Under the pieces are notes generated by a model. The model searched no databases, was not told the DNA's origin, and saw only the letters and a program-made list of their open reading frames with translations. Made by a program: the position numbers and the translations under genes. From Eledone cirrhosa (lineage: Eukaryota): DNA of 64,000 nucleotides. The stretch is from NCBI GenBank assembly GCA_964016885.1, contig OZ024744.1, positions 67,146,001 to 67,210,000 of the forward strand, in the 5' to 3' direction. Positions 40,301 through 55,300 of the stretch are shown piece by piece (positions within the stretch are counted from its first letter, which is position 1; each line of letters opens with the position of its first letter).

Positions 40301-43300
40301 CATTTTTATATTCTTTGTGGCTTTAATTGCAGAATCGGCATTATTTTCAAACAGTATTCCCTGTTGATCTTCATGTTTTGCTAACATTTTAATATTCTTA
40401 GTGGCTTCAATTGCAGAATAACCATTATTTTCAAACAGTATTCCCTGTTGACCTTCATGTTTTGCTAATATGCTAATACTCTTTGTGGCTTTAATTGCAG
40501 AATCACCATTATTTTCGAACTGTATTCCCTGTTGACCTACATGTTTTCCTCACATTTTAATATTCTTTATGACTTTAATTGCAGAATCACCATTATTTTC
40601 AAACATTATTCCCTGTTGACCTTCATGTTTTGCTAAAATTTTAATATTCTTTGTGCCTTTAATTGCAGAATCACCATTATTTTCAAACAGTATTGCCTGT
40701 TGACCTTCATATGTTGCTAACATTTAAATATACTTTGCGGCTTTAATTGCAGTATCACCATTATTTTCAAACAGTATTCCCTGTTGACCTTCATGCTTTC
40801 ATAACATTTTAATATATTTTTGTGGCTTTAATTGCAGAATAACCATTATTTTCAAACAGTATTCCCTGTTGACCTTCATGCTTTGCTAATATTTTAATAC
40901 TCTTTGTGGTTTAAATTGCAGAATCACCATTATTTTCAAACAGTATTCCCTGTTGACCTTCATGTTTTGCTAACATTTTAATATTCTTTGAAGTTTTAAT
41001 TACAGAATCACCACTATTTTCAGACAGTATTCCCTCTTGACCTTCATATTTTGCAAACATTTTAATATTTTTTTGTGGCTTTGATTGCAGAATCACCATT
41101 ATTTTCAAACAGTATTCCCTTGTTACCTTCAGGTTTTGCTAACATTTTATTATTCTTTGTGACTTTAATTGCAGAATCACCATTATTTTCAAACAGTATT
41201 CCCTTGTGACCTTCAGGTTTTGCTAACATTTTATTATTCTTTGTGACTTTAATTGCAGAATCACCATTATTTTCAAACAGTATTCTCTGTTGACCTTCAT
41301 GCTTTCCTAACGATTTAATATTCTTTGTGGCTTTAATTGCAGAAGCACCATTATTTTCGAACAGTATTCCCTGTTGACCTTCATATTTTGCTAACATTTA
41401 AATATTCTTTGCGGCTTTAATTGCAGAATCACCATTGTTTTCGAATGGTATTCCCTGTTGACCTTCATATTATGCTAACATTTAAATATTCTTTGCGGCT
41501 TTAATTGCAGAATCAGTATTATTTTCAAACAGTATTCCCTGTTGAACTTCATGCTTTCCTGACGTTTTAATATTCTTTGTGGCTTTAATTGCAAAATCAC
41601 CATTATTTACAAACAGTATTCCCTGTTGACCTTCAAGTTTTGCTAACATTTTAATATTCTTTGCGGTTTTTATTACAGAAACACCATTATTTTCAAACAG
41701 TATTCCCTGTTGACCTACATGTTTTCCTCACATTTTAATATTCTTTATGACTTTAATTGCAGAATCACCATTATTTTCAAACATTATTCCCTGTTGACCT
41801 TCATGTTTTGCTAAAATTTTAATATTCTTTGTGCCTTTAATTGCAGAATCACCATTATTTTCAAACAGTATTGCCTGTTGACCTTCATATGTTGCTAACA
41901 TTTAAATATACTTTGCGGCTTTAATTGCAGTATCACCATTATTTTCAAACAGTATTCCCTGTTGACCTTCATGCTTTCATAACATTTTAATATATTTTTG
42001 TGGCTTTAATTGCAGAATAACCATTATTTTCAAACAGTATTCCCTGTTGACCTTCATGCTTTGCTAATATTTTAATACTCTTTCTGGTTTAAATTGCAGA
42101 ATCACCATTATTTTCAAACAGTATTCCCTGTTGACCTTCATGTTTTGCTAACATTTTAATATTCTTTGAAGTTTTAATTACAGAATCACCACTATTTTCA
42201 GACAGTATTCCCTCTTGACCTTCATATTTTGCAAACATTTTAATATTTTTTTGTGGCTTTGATTGCAGAATCACCATTATTTTCAAACAGTATTCCCTTG
42301 TGACCTTCAGGTTTTGCTAACATTTTATTATTCTTTGTGACTCTAATTGCAGAATCACCATTATTTTCAAACAGTATTCTCTGTTGACCTTCATGCTTTC
42401 CTAACGATTTAATATTCTTTGTGGCTTTAATTGCAGAAGCACCATTATTTTCGAACAGTATTCCCTGTTGACCTTCATATTTTGCTAACATTTAAATATT
42501 CTTTGCGGCTTTAATTGCAGAATCACCATTGTTTTCGAATGGTATTCCCTGTTGACCTTCATATTATGCTAACATTTAAATATTCTTTGCGGCTTTAATT
42601 GCAGAATCAGTATTATTTTCAAACAGTATTCCCTGTTGAACTTCATGCTTTCCTGACGTTTTAATATTCTTTGTGGCTTTAATTGCAAAATCACCATTAT
42701 TTACAAACAGTATTCCCTGTTGACCTTCAAGTTTTGCTAACATTTTAATATTCTTTGCGGTTTTTATTACAGAAACACCATTATTTTCAAACAGTATTCC
42801 CTGTTGACCTACATGTTTTCCTCACATTTTAATATTCTTTGTGCCTTTAATTGCAGAATCACCATCATTTTCAAACAGTATTCCCTGTTGAGCTTCATAT
42901 GTGGCTAGCAATTAAATATACTTTGCGGATTTAATTGCAGTATCACCATTATTTTCAAACATTATTCCCTGTTGACCTTCATGTTTTGCTAACATTTTAA
43001 TATTTTTTGTGGCTTTAATTGCAGAATCACCATTATTTTCAAACACTATTCCCTGTTGACCTTCATGCTTTGCTAATATTTTAATACTGTTTGTTGCTTA
43101 AATTGCAGAATCACCATTATTTTCAAAGAGTATTCCCTGTTGACCTTCAAGTTTTGCTAACATTTTAATATTCTTTGCGGTTTTTATTACAGAAACACCA
43201 TTATTTTCAAACAGTATTCCCTGTTGACCTTCATGTTTTGCAAACATTTTAATATTCTTTGTGGCTTTAATTGCAGAATTACCATTATTTTCAAACAGTA

Positions 43301-46300
43301 TTCCCTGTTGACCTTCATCTTTTCATAACATTTTAATATTTTTTCGTGGCTTTAATTGCAGAATCACCATTATTTTCAAACAGTATTCCCTGTTTTACCT
43401 TCATGTTTTGCTAATATTTTAATATACTTTGCGGCTGCAATTGCTGAATCACCATTATTTTCAAACAGTATTCCCGTGTGGGGTTTTGCTAATATTTTAT
43501 TATTCTTTGTGACTTTAATTGCAGAATCACCATTATTTTCAAACAGTATTCCCTTGTGAACTTCAGGTTTTGCTAACATTTTATTATTCTTTGTGACTTT
43601 AATTGCAGAATCACCATTATTTTCAAACAGTATTCTCTGTTGACCTTCATGCTTTCCTAACGTTTTAATATATTTTTGTGGCTTTAATTGCAGAATCACC
43701 ATTATTTTCAAACACTATTCCCTGTTGACCTTCATACATTGCTAATATTTTAATACTCTTTGTGGTTTAAATTGCAGAATCACCATTACTTTCAAACAGT
43801 ATTCCCTGTTGACCTTCATGTTTTGCTAACATTTTAATATTCTTTGAAGTTTTAATTACAGAATCACCACTATTTTCAGACAGTATTCCCTGTTGACCTT
43901 CATATTTTGCTAACATTTTAATATTCTTTGTGGCTTTAATTGCAGAATCACCATTATTTTCAAACAGTATTCCCTGTTGACCTTCATGTTTTGCTAACAT
44001 TTCAATATACTTTGCGGCTTTAATTGCAGAATCAGCATCATTTTCAAACAGTATTCCCTGTTGACCTTCATGCTTTGCTAATATTTTAATACTGTTTGTT
44101 GTTTAAATTGCAGAATCAGCATCATTTTCAAACAGTATTCCCTGTTGACCTTCATGCTTTGCTAATATTTTAATACTGTTTGTTTTTAAATTGCAGAATC
44201 ACCATTATTTTCAAACAGTATTCCCTGTTGACCTTCATGTTTCGCTAACATTTTAATATTCTTTGCGGTTTTTATTACAGAAACACCATTACTTTCAAAC
44301 AGTATTCCCTGTTGACCTTCATGTTTTGCAAACATTTTAATATTCTTTGTGGCTTTAATTGCAGAATTACCATTATTTTCAAACAGTATTGCCTATTCAC
44401 CTTCATCTTTTCATAACATTTTAATATTTTTTTGTGGCTTTAATTGCATAATCACCATTATTTTCAAACAGTATTCCCTGTTTACCTTCATGTTTCGCTA
44501 ATATTTAAATATTCTTTGTGGCTTTAATTGCAGAATCACCATTATTTTCAAAGAGTGTTCCCTGTTTTACCTTCATGTTTTGCTAATATTTTAATATACT
44601 TTGCGGCTGCAATTGCAGAATCACCATTATTTTCAAACAGTATTCCCTTGTGACCTTCAGGTTTTGCTAACATTTTATTATTCTTTGTGACTTTAATTGC
44701 AGAATCACCATTATTTTCAAAGAGTATTCCCTTGTGACCTTCAGGTTTTGCTAACATTTTATTATTCTTTGTGACTTTAATTGCAGAATCACCATTATTT
44801 TCAAACAATATTCTCTGTTGACCTTCATGCTTTCCTAACGTTTTAATATTCTTTGTGGCTTTAATTGCAGAAGCACCATTATTTTCGAACAGGATTCCCT
44901 GTTGACCTTCATATTTTGCTAACATTTAAATATTCTTTGCGGCTTTAATTGCAGAATCAGTATTATTTTCAAACAGTATTCCCTGTTGACCTTCATGCTT
45001 TCCTGACGTTTTAATATTCTTTGTGGCTTTAATTGCAGAATCACCATTATTTTCAAACAGTATTCCCTGTTGTCCTTCATGTTTTGCTAACATTACAGTA
45101 TACTTTGTGGCTTTAATTGCAGATTCAGCATCATTTTCAAACAGTATTCCCTGTTGACCTTCATGCTTTCATAACATTTTAATATATTTTTGTGGCTTTA
45201 ATTGCAGAATCACCATTATTTTCAAACACTATTCCCTGTTGACCTTCATACTTTGCTAATATTTTAATACTCTTTGTGGTTTAAATTGCAGAATCACCAT
45301 TATTTTCAAACAGTATTCCCTGTTGACCTTCATGTTTTGCTAACATTTTAATATTTTTTGCGGTTTTTATTACTGAAACACCATTACTTTCAAACAGTAT
45401 TCCCTGTTGACCTTCATGTTTTGCTAACGATTTAATATTCTTTGAAGTTTTAATTACAGAATCACCACTATTTTCAGACAGTATTCCCTGTTGACCTTCA
45501 TATTTTGCTAACATTTTAATATTCTTTGTGGCTTTAATTGCAGAATCACCATTATTTTCAAACAGTATTCCCTGTTGACCTTCATATTTTGCTAACATTT
45601 AAATATACTTTGCGGCTTTAATTGCAGAATCACCATTATTTTCAAACAGTATTCCCTGTTGACCTTCATGCTTTCATAACATTTTAATATTTTTCGTGGC
45701 TTTAATTGCAGAATCACCATTATTTTCAAACACTATTCCCTGTTGACCTTCATGCTTTGCTAATATTTTAATACTGTTTGTTGTTTAAATTGCAGAATCA
45801 CCATTATTTTCAAACAGTATTCCCTGTTGACCTTCATGTTTTGCTAACATTTTAATATTCTTTGCGGTTTTTATTACAGAAACAACATTACCTACAAACA
45901 GTATTCCCTGTTGACCTTCATGTTTTGCAAACATTTTAATATTCTTTGTGGCTTTAATTGCAGAATTACCATTATTTTCAAACAGTATTGCCTATTCACC
46001 TTCATCTTTTCATAACATTTTAATATTTTTTTGTGGCTTTAATTGCAGAATCACCATTATTTTCAAACAGTATTCCCTGTTTACCTTCATGTTTTGCTAA
46101 TACTTTAATATTCTTTGTGGTTTTAATTGCAGAATCACCATTATTTTCGAACTGTATTCCCTGTTGACCTACATGTTTTCCTCACATTTTAATATTCTTT
46201 ATGACTTTAATTGCTGAATCACCATTATTTTCAAACAGTATTCCCTGTTGACCTTCATGTTTTGCTAACATTTCAATATACTTTGCGGCTTTAATTGCAG

Positions 46301-49300
46301 AATCAGCATCATTTTCAAACAGTATTCCCTGTTGACCTTCATGCTTGCATAAAATATTAATATATTTTTGTGGTTTTAATTGCAGAATCACCATTATTTT
46401 CAAACACTATTCCCTGTTGACCTTCATACTTTGCTAATATTTTAATACTCTTTGTGGTTTAAATTGCAGAATCACCATTATTTTCAAACAGTATTCCCTG
46501 TTGACCTTCATGTTTTGCTAACATTTTAATATTCTTTGAAGTTTTAATTACAGAATCACCACTATTTTCAGACAGTATTCCCTGTTGCCCTTCATATTTT
46601 GCTAACATTTTAATATTCTTTGTGGCTTTAATTGCAGAATCACCATTATTTTCAAACAGTATTCCCTGTTGACCTTCATGTTTTGCTAACATTTAAATAT
46701 ACTTTGCGGCTTTAATTGCAGAATCACCATTATTTTCATACATTATTCCCTGTTGACCTTCATGTTTTGTAACATTTTAATATTCTTTGTGGCTTTAATT
46801 GCAGAATCGGCATTATTTTCAAACAGTATTCCCTGTTGATCTTCATGTTTTGCTAACATTTTAATATTCTTAGTGGCTTTAATTGCAGAATCACCATTAT
46901 TTCCAAACAGTATACCCTGTTGACCTTCATGTTTTGCTAACATTTCAATATACTTTGCGGCTGTAATTGCAGAATCAGCATCATTTTCAAACAGTATTCC
47001 CTGTTGACCTTCATGCTTTCCTAACGTTTTAATAATCTTTGTGGCTTTAATTGCAGAATCACCATTATTTTCAAACAGTATTCCCTGTTTACCTTCATGT
47101 TTCGCTAATATTTAAATATTCTTTGTGGCTTTAATTGCAGAATCACCATTATTTTCAAAGAGTGTTCCCTGTTTTACCTTCATGTTTTGCTAATATTTTA
47201 ATATACTTTGCGGCTGCAATTGCAGAATCACCATTATTTTCAAACAGTATTCCCTTGTGACCTTCAGGTTTTGCTAACATTTTATTATTCTTTGTGACTT
47301 TAATTGCAGAATCACCATTATTTTCAAAGAGTATTCCCTTGTGACCTTCAGGTTTTGCTAACATTTTATTATTCTTTGTGACTTTAATTGCAGAATCACC
47401 ATTATTTTCAAACAATATTCTCTGTTGACCTTCATGCTTTCCTAACGTTTTAATATTCTTTGTGGCTTTAATTGCAGAAGCACCATTATTTTCGAACAGG
47501 ATTCCCTGTTGACCTTCATATTTTGCTAACATTTAAATATTCTTTGCGGCTTTAATTGCAGAATCAGTATTATTTTCAAACAGTATTCCCTGTTGACCTT
47601 CATGCTTTCCTGACGTTTTAATATTCTTTGTGGCTTTAATTGCAGAATCACCATTATTTTCAAACAGTATTCCCTGTTGTCCTTCATGTTTTGCTAACAT
47701 TACAATATACTTTGTGGCTTTAATTGCAGATTCAGCATCATTTTCAAACAGTATTCCCTGTTGACCTTCATGCTTTCATAACATTTTAATATATTTTTGT
47801 GGCTTTAATTGCAGAATCACCATTATTTTCAAACACTATTCCCTGTTGACCTTCATACTTTGCTAATATTTTAATACTCTTTGTGGTTTAAATTGCAGAA
47901 TCACCATTATTTTCAAACAGTATTCCCTGTTGACCTTCATGTTTTGCTAACATTTTAATATTTTTTGCGGTTTTTATTACTGAAACACCATTACTTTCAA
48001 ACAGTATTCCCTGTTGACCTTCATGTTTTGCTAACGATTTAATATTCTTTGAAGTTTTAATTACAGAATCACCACTATTTTCAGACAGTATTCCCTGTTG
48101 ACCTTCATATTTTGCTAACATTTTAATATTCTTTGTGGCTTTAATTGCAGAATCACCATTATTTTCAAACAGTATTCCCTGTTGACCTTCATATTTTGCT
48201 AACATTTAAATATACTTTGCGGCTTTAATTGCAGAATCACCATTATTTTCAAACAGTATTCCCTGTTGACCTTCATGCTTTCATAACATTTTAATATTTT
48301 TCGTGGCTTTAATTGCAGAATCACCATTATTTTCAAACACTATTCCCTGTTGACCTTCATGCTTTGCTAATATTTTAATACTGTTTGTTGTTTAAATTGC
48401 AGAATCACCATTATTTTCAAACAGTATTCCCTGTTGACCTTCATGTTTTGCTAACATTTTAATATTCTTTGCGGTTTTTATTACAGAAACAACATTACCT
48501 TCAAACAGTATTCCCTGTTGACCTTCATGTTTTGCAAACATTTTAATATTCTTTGTGGCTTTAATTGCAGAATTACCATTATTTTCAAACAGTATTGCCT
48601 ATTCACCTTCATCTTTTCATAACATTTTAATATTTTTTTGTGGCTTTAATTGCAGAATCACCATTATTTTCAAACAGTATTCCCTGTTTACCTTCATGTT
48701 TTGCTAATACTTTAATATTCTTTGTGGTTTTAATTGCAGAATCACCATTATTTTCGAACTGTATTCCCTGTTGACCTACATGTTTTCCTCACATTTTAAT
48801 ATTCTTTATGACTTTAATTGCTGAATCACCATTATTTTCAAACAGTATTCCCTGTTGACCTTCATGTTTTGCTAACATTTCAATATACTTTGCGGCTTTA
48901 ATTGCAGAATCAGCATCATTTTCAAACAGTATTCCCTGTTGACCTTCATGCTTGCATAAAATATTAATATATTTTTGTGGTTTTAATTGCAGAATCACCA
49001 TTATTTTCAAACACTATTCCCTGTTGACCTTCATACTTTGCTAATATTTTAATACTCTTTGTGGTTTAAATTGCAGAATCACCATTATTTTCAAACAGTA
49101 TTCCCTGTTGACCTTCATGTTTTGCTAACATTTTAATATTCTTTGAAGTTTTAATTACAGAATCACCACTATTTTCAGACAGTATTCCCTGTTGCCCTTC
49201 ATATTTTGCTAACATTTTAATATTCTTTGTGGCTTTAATTGCAGAATCACCATTATTTTCAAACAGTATTCCCTGTTGACCTTCATGTTTTGCTAACATT

Positions 49301-52300
49301 TAAATATACTTTGCGGCTTTAATTGCAGAATCACCATTATTTTCATACATTATTCCCTGTTGACCTTCATGTTTTGTAACATTTTAATATTCTTTGTGGC
49401 TTTAATTGCAGAATCGGCATTATTTTCAAACAGTATTCCCTGTTGATCTTCATGTTTTGCTAACATTTTAATATTCTTAGTGGCTTTAATTGCAGAATCA
49501 CCATTATTTCCAAACAGTATACCCTGTTGACCTTCATGTTTTGCTAACATTTCAATATACTTTGCGGCTGTAATTGCAGAATCAGCATCATTTTCAAACA
49601 GTATTCCCTGTTGACCTTCATGCTTTCCTAACGTTTTAATAATCTTTGTGGCTTTAATTGCAGAATCACCATTATTTTCAAATAGTGTTCCCTGTTGACT
49701 TTCATATGTTGCTAACATTTAAATATACATTGCGGCCTTAATTGCAGAATCACCATTATTTTCAAACAGTATTCCCTGTTGACCTTCATGCTTTCATAAC
49801 ATTTTAATATTTTTTGTGGCTTTAATTGCAGAATAACCATTATTTTCAAACACTATTCCCTGTTGACATTCATGCTTTGCTAATATATTAATACTGTTTG
49901 TTGTTTAAATTGCAGAATCACCATTATTTTCAAACAGTATTCGCTGTTGACCTTCATGTTTTGCTAACATTTTAATATTCTTTGCGGATTTTATTACAGA
50001 AACACCATTATTTTCAAACAGTATTCCCTGTTGACCTTCATGTTTTGCAAACATTTTAATATTCTTTGTGGCTTTAATTGCAGAATTACCATTATTTTCA
50101 AACAGTATTGCCTATTCACCTTCATCTTTTCATAACATTTTAATATTTTTTTGTGGCTTTAATTGCAGAATCACCATTATTTTCAAACAGTATTCCCTGT
50201 TTACCTTCATGTTTCGCTAATATTTTAATATTCTTTCTGGTTTTAATTGCAGAATCACCATTATTTTCGAACTGTATTCCCTGTTGACCTACATGTTTTC
50301 CTCACATTTTAATATTCTTTATGACTTTAATTGCAGAATCACCATTATTTTCAAACAGTATTCCCTGTTGACCTTCATGTTTTGCTACTATTTTAATATT
50401 CTTTGTGGCTTTAATTGCGGAATCACCATTATTTTCAAAGAGTATTCCCTGTTTTACCTTCATGTTTTGCTAATATTTTAATATACTTTGCGGCTGCAAT
50501 TGCAGAATCACCATAATTTTCAAACAGTATTCCCTTGTGACCTTCAGGTTTTGCTGACATGTTAATATTCTTTGTGACTTTAATTACAGAATCACCATTA
50601 TTTCAAACAGTATTCCCTGTTGACCTTCATGCTTTCCTAACGTTTTAATATTCTTTGTGGCTTTAATTGCAGAATCACCATTGTTTTCGAACACTATTCC
50701 CTGTTGACCTTCATGTTTAGCTAACATTTAAATATTCTTTGCGGCTTTAATTGCAGAATCACCATTATTTTCAAACAGTATTCCCTGTTGACCTCCATGT
50801 TTTGCTAATATTTTTATATTCTTTGTGGCTTTAATTGCAGAAACCATTATTTCCAAACATTATTCCCTGTTGACCTTCATGTTTTGCTAACATTTCAATA
50901 TACTTTGCGGCTTTAATCGCAGAATCAGTATTATTTTCAAACAGTATTCCCTGTTGACCTTCATGCTTTCCTAATGTTTTAATATTCTTTGTGGCTTTAA
51001 TTGCAGAATCACCATTGTTTTCGAACAGTATTCCCTGTTGATCTTCATGTTTAGCTAACATTTAAATATTCTTTGTGGCTTTAATTGCAGAATCACTATT
51101 GTTTTCGAACAGTATTCCCTGTTGACCTTCATGCTTTCCTAACGTTTTAATATTCTTTGAGGCTTTAATTGCAGAATCACCATTATTTTCAAACACTATT
51201 CCCTTTTGACCTTCATACTTTGCTAATATTTTAATACTCTTTGTGGCTTTAATTGCAGAATCACCATTGTTTTCTAACAGTATTCCCTGTTGATCTTCAT
51301 GTTTAGCTAACATTTAAATATTCTTTGTGGCTTTAATTGCAGAATCACCGTTATTTTCATACATTATTGCCTGTTGATCTTCATGTTTTGATAACATTTT
51401 AATATCCTTTGTGGCTTTAATTGCAGAATCAGCATTATTTTCAAACAGTATTCCCTGTTGACCTTCATGTTTTGCTAACATTTTAATATTCTTTATGGCT
51501 TCATTTGCAGAATAACCATTATTTTCAAACAGTATTCCCTGTTGACCTTCATGTTTTGCTAATATGTTAACATTCTTTGTGGTTTTAATTGCAAAAACAC
51601 CATTATTTTCGAACTGTATACCCTGTTGACCTACATGTTTTCCTCACATTTTAATATTCTTTATGACTTTAATTGCAGAATCACCATTATTTTCAAACAG
51701 TATTCCCTGTTGACCTTCATGTTTTGCTAACATTTCAATATACTTTGCGGCTTTAATTGCAGAATCAGCATCATTTTCAAACATTATTCCCTGTTGACCT
51801 TCATGCTTTCATAACATTTTAATATATTTTTGTGGCTTTAATTGCAGAATGACCATTATTTTCAAACACTATTCCCTGTTGACCTTCATACTTTGCTAAT
51901 ATTTTAATACTCTTTGTGGTTTAAATTGCAGAATCACCATTATTTTCAAACAGTATTGCCTATTCACCTTCATCTTTTCATAACATTTTAATATTTTTTG
52001 TGGTTTTAATTGCATAATCACCATTATTTTCAAACAGTATTCCCTGTTGACCTTCATGTTTTGCTAACATTTCAATATACTTTGCGGCTTTAATTGCAGA
52101 ATCCGCATCATTTTCAAACAGTATTCCCTGTTGACCTTTATGCTTTTCCTAACGTTTTAATAATCTTTGTGGCTTTAATTGCAGAATCACCATTATTTTC
52201 GAACAGTATTCCCTGTTGACCTTCATATTTTGCTAACATTTAAATATTCTTTGCGGCTTTAATTGCAGAATCAGTATTATTTTCAAACAGTATTCCCTGT

Positions 52301-55300
52301 TGAACTTCATGCTTTCCTAACGTTTTAATATTCTTTGTGGCTTTAATTGCAGAATCACCATTGTTTTCGAACAGTATTCCCTGTTGACCTTCATGTTTAG
52401 CTAACATTTAAATATTCTTTGCGGCTTTAATTGCAGAATCACCATTGATTTCGAACAGTATTCCCTGTTGACCTTCATATTTTGCTAACATTTAAATATT
52501 CTTTGCGGCTTTAATTGCAGAATCAGTATTATTTTCAAACAGTATTCCCTGTTGACCTTCATGCTTTCCTAACGTTTTAATATTCTTTGTGGCTTTAATT
52601 GCAGAATCACCATTATTTTCAAACAGTATTCCCTGTTCACCTTCATGTTTTGCTAATATTTTTATATTCTTTGTGGCTTTAATTGCAGAAACCATTATTT
52701 CCAAACAGTATTCCCTGTTGACCTTCATGTTTTGCTAACATTTCAATATACTTTGCGGCTTTAATTTCAGAATCAGCATCATTTTAAAACAGTATTCCCT
52801 GTTGACCTTCATGCTTTCATAACATTTTAATATATTTTTGTGGCTTTAATTGCAGAATCACCATTATTTTCAAACAGTGTTCCCTCTTGACCATCATGTT
52901 TTGGTAATATTTTAATATTCTTTGTGGCTTTAATTGCAGAATCACCATTATTTTCAAACAGTATTCCCTGTTGACCTTCATCTTTTCCTCACATTTTAAT
53001 ATTTTTTGTGGCTTTAATTGCAGAATCACCATTATTTTCAAAGAGTATTCCCTGTTGACCTTCAAGTTTTGATAACATTTTAATATTCTTTGTCAATTTA
53101 ATTGCAGAATCACCGTTATTTTCATACATTATTCCCTGTTGACCTTAATGCTTTCATAACATTTTAATATATTTTTGTGGCTTTAATTGCAGAATAACCA
53201 TTATTTTCAAACACTATTCCCTGTCGACCTTCATGCTTTGCTAATATTTTAATACTCTTTCTGGTTTAAATTGCAGAATCACCATTATTTTCAAACAGTA
53301 TTCCTTGTTGACCTTCATGTTTTGCTAACATTTCAATATACTTTGCGGCTTTAATTGCAGAATCACCATCATTTTCAAACAGTATTCCCTGTTGACCTTC
53401 ATACTTTCATAACATTTTCATATATTTTTGTGGCTTTAATTGCAGAATCACCATTATTTTCAAACACTATTCCCTGTTGACCTTCATGCTTTGCTAATAT
53501 TTTAATACTCTTTGTGGTTTAAATTGCAGAATCACCACTATTTTCAAACAGTATTCCCTGTTGACCTTCATGTTTTGCTAACATTTTAATATTCTTTGAA
53601 GTTTTAATTACAGAATCACCACTATTTTCAGACAGTATTCCCTGTTGACCTTCATATTTTGCAAACATTTAAATATTTTTTTGTGGCTTTAATTGCAGAA
53701 TCACCATTATTTTCAAACAGTATTCCCTGTTGACCTTCATATTTTGCTAACATTTAAATATTCTTTGCGGCTTTAATTGCAGAATCACCATTGTTTTCGA
53801 ACAGTATTCCCTGTTGACCTTCATATTTTGCTAACATTTAATATTCTTTGTGGCTTTAATTGCAGAATCAGTATTATTTTCAAACAGTATTCCCTGATGA
53901 CCTTCATGCTTTCTTAACGTTTTAATATTCTTTGTGGCTTTAATTGCAGAATTACCATTATTTTCAAACAGTATTGCCTATTGACCTTCATCTTTTCATA
54001 ACATTTTAATATTTTTTTGTGGCTTTAATTGCAGAATCACCATTATTTTCAAACAGTATTCCCTGTTTACCTTCATGTTTTGCTAATATTTTTATATTCT
54101 TTGTGGCTTTAATTGCAGAATCACCATTATTTTCAAAGAGTATTCCCTGTTTTACCTTCATGTTTTGCTAATATTTTAATATACTTTGCGGCTGCAATTG
54201 CAGAATCACCATTATTTTCAAACTGTATTCCCTTGTGACCTTCAGGTTTTGCTAACATTTTAATATTCTTTGTGACTTTAATTGCAGAATCACCATTATT
54301 TTCAAACAGTATTCCCTGTTGACCTTCATGCTTTCCTAACGTTTTAATATTCTTTGTGGCTTTAATTGCAGAATCACCATTGTTTTCTAACAGTATTCCC
54401 TGTTGATCTTCATGTTTAGCTAACATTTAAATATTCTTTGCGGCTTTAATTGCAGAATCACCATTGTTTTCGAACAGTATTCCCTGTTGACCTTCATATT
54501 TTGCTAACATCTAAATATTCTTTGTGGCTTTAATTGCAGAATCACCATTATTTTCAAACAGTATTCCCTGTTGACCTTCATGTTTTGCTAATATTTTTAT
54601 ATTCTTTGTGGCTTTAATTGCAGAAAGCATTATTTCCAAACATTATTCCCTGTTGACCTTCATGTTTTGGTAATATTTTAATATTCTTTGTGGCTTTAAT
54701 TGCAGAATCACCATTATATTCAAACAGTATTCCCTGTTGACCTTCATGTTTTGGTAATATTTTAATATTCTTTGTGGCTTTAATTGCAGAATCACCATTA
54801 TATTCAAACAGTATTCCCTCTTGACCTTCATGTTTTGCTAATATTTTAATATTCTTTGTGGCTTTAATTGCAGAATCACCATTATTTTCAAAGAGTATTC
54901 CCTGTTGACCTTCATGTTTTGCTAACATTTCAATATACTTTGCGGCTTTAATTGCAGAATCAGCATCATTTTCAAACAGTATTCCCTGTTGACCTTCATG
55001 CTTTCATAATATTTTTATATATTTTTGTGGCTTTAATTGCAGAATCACCATTATTTTCAAACACTATTCCCTGTTGACCTTCATGCTTTGCTAATATTTT
55101 AATACTCTTTGTGGTTTAAATTGCAGAATCACCATTATTTTCAAACAGTATTCCCTCTTGACCTTCATGTTTTGGTAATATGTTAATATTCTTTGTGGCT
55201 TTAATTGCAGAATCACCATTATTTTCAAACAGTATTCCCTGTTGACCTTCATGTTTTGCTAACATCTTAATATTCTTTCTGGCTTTAATTGCAGAATCAC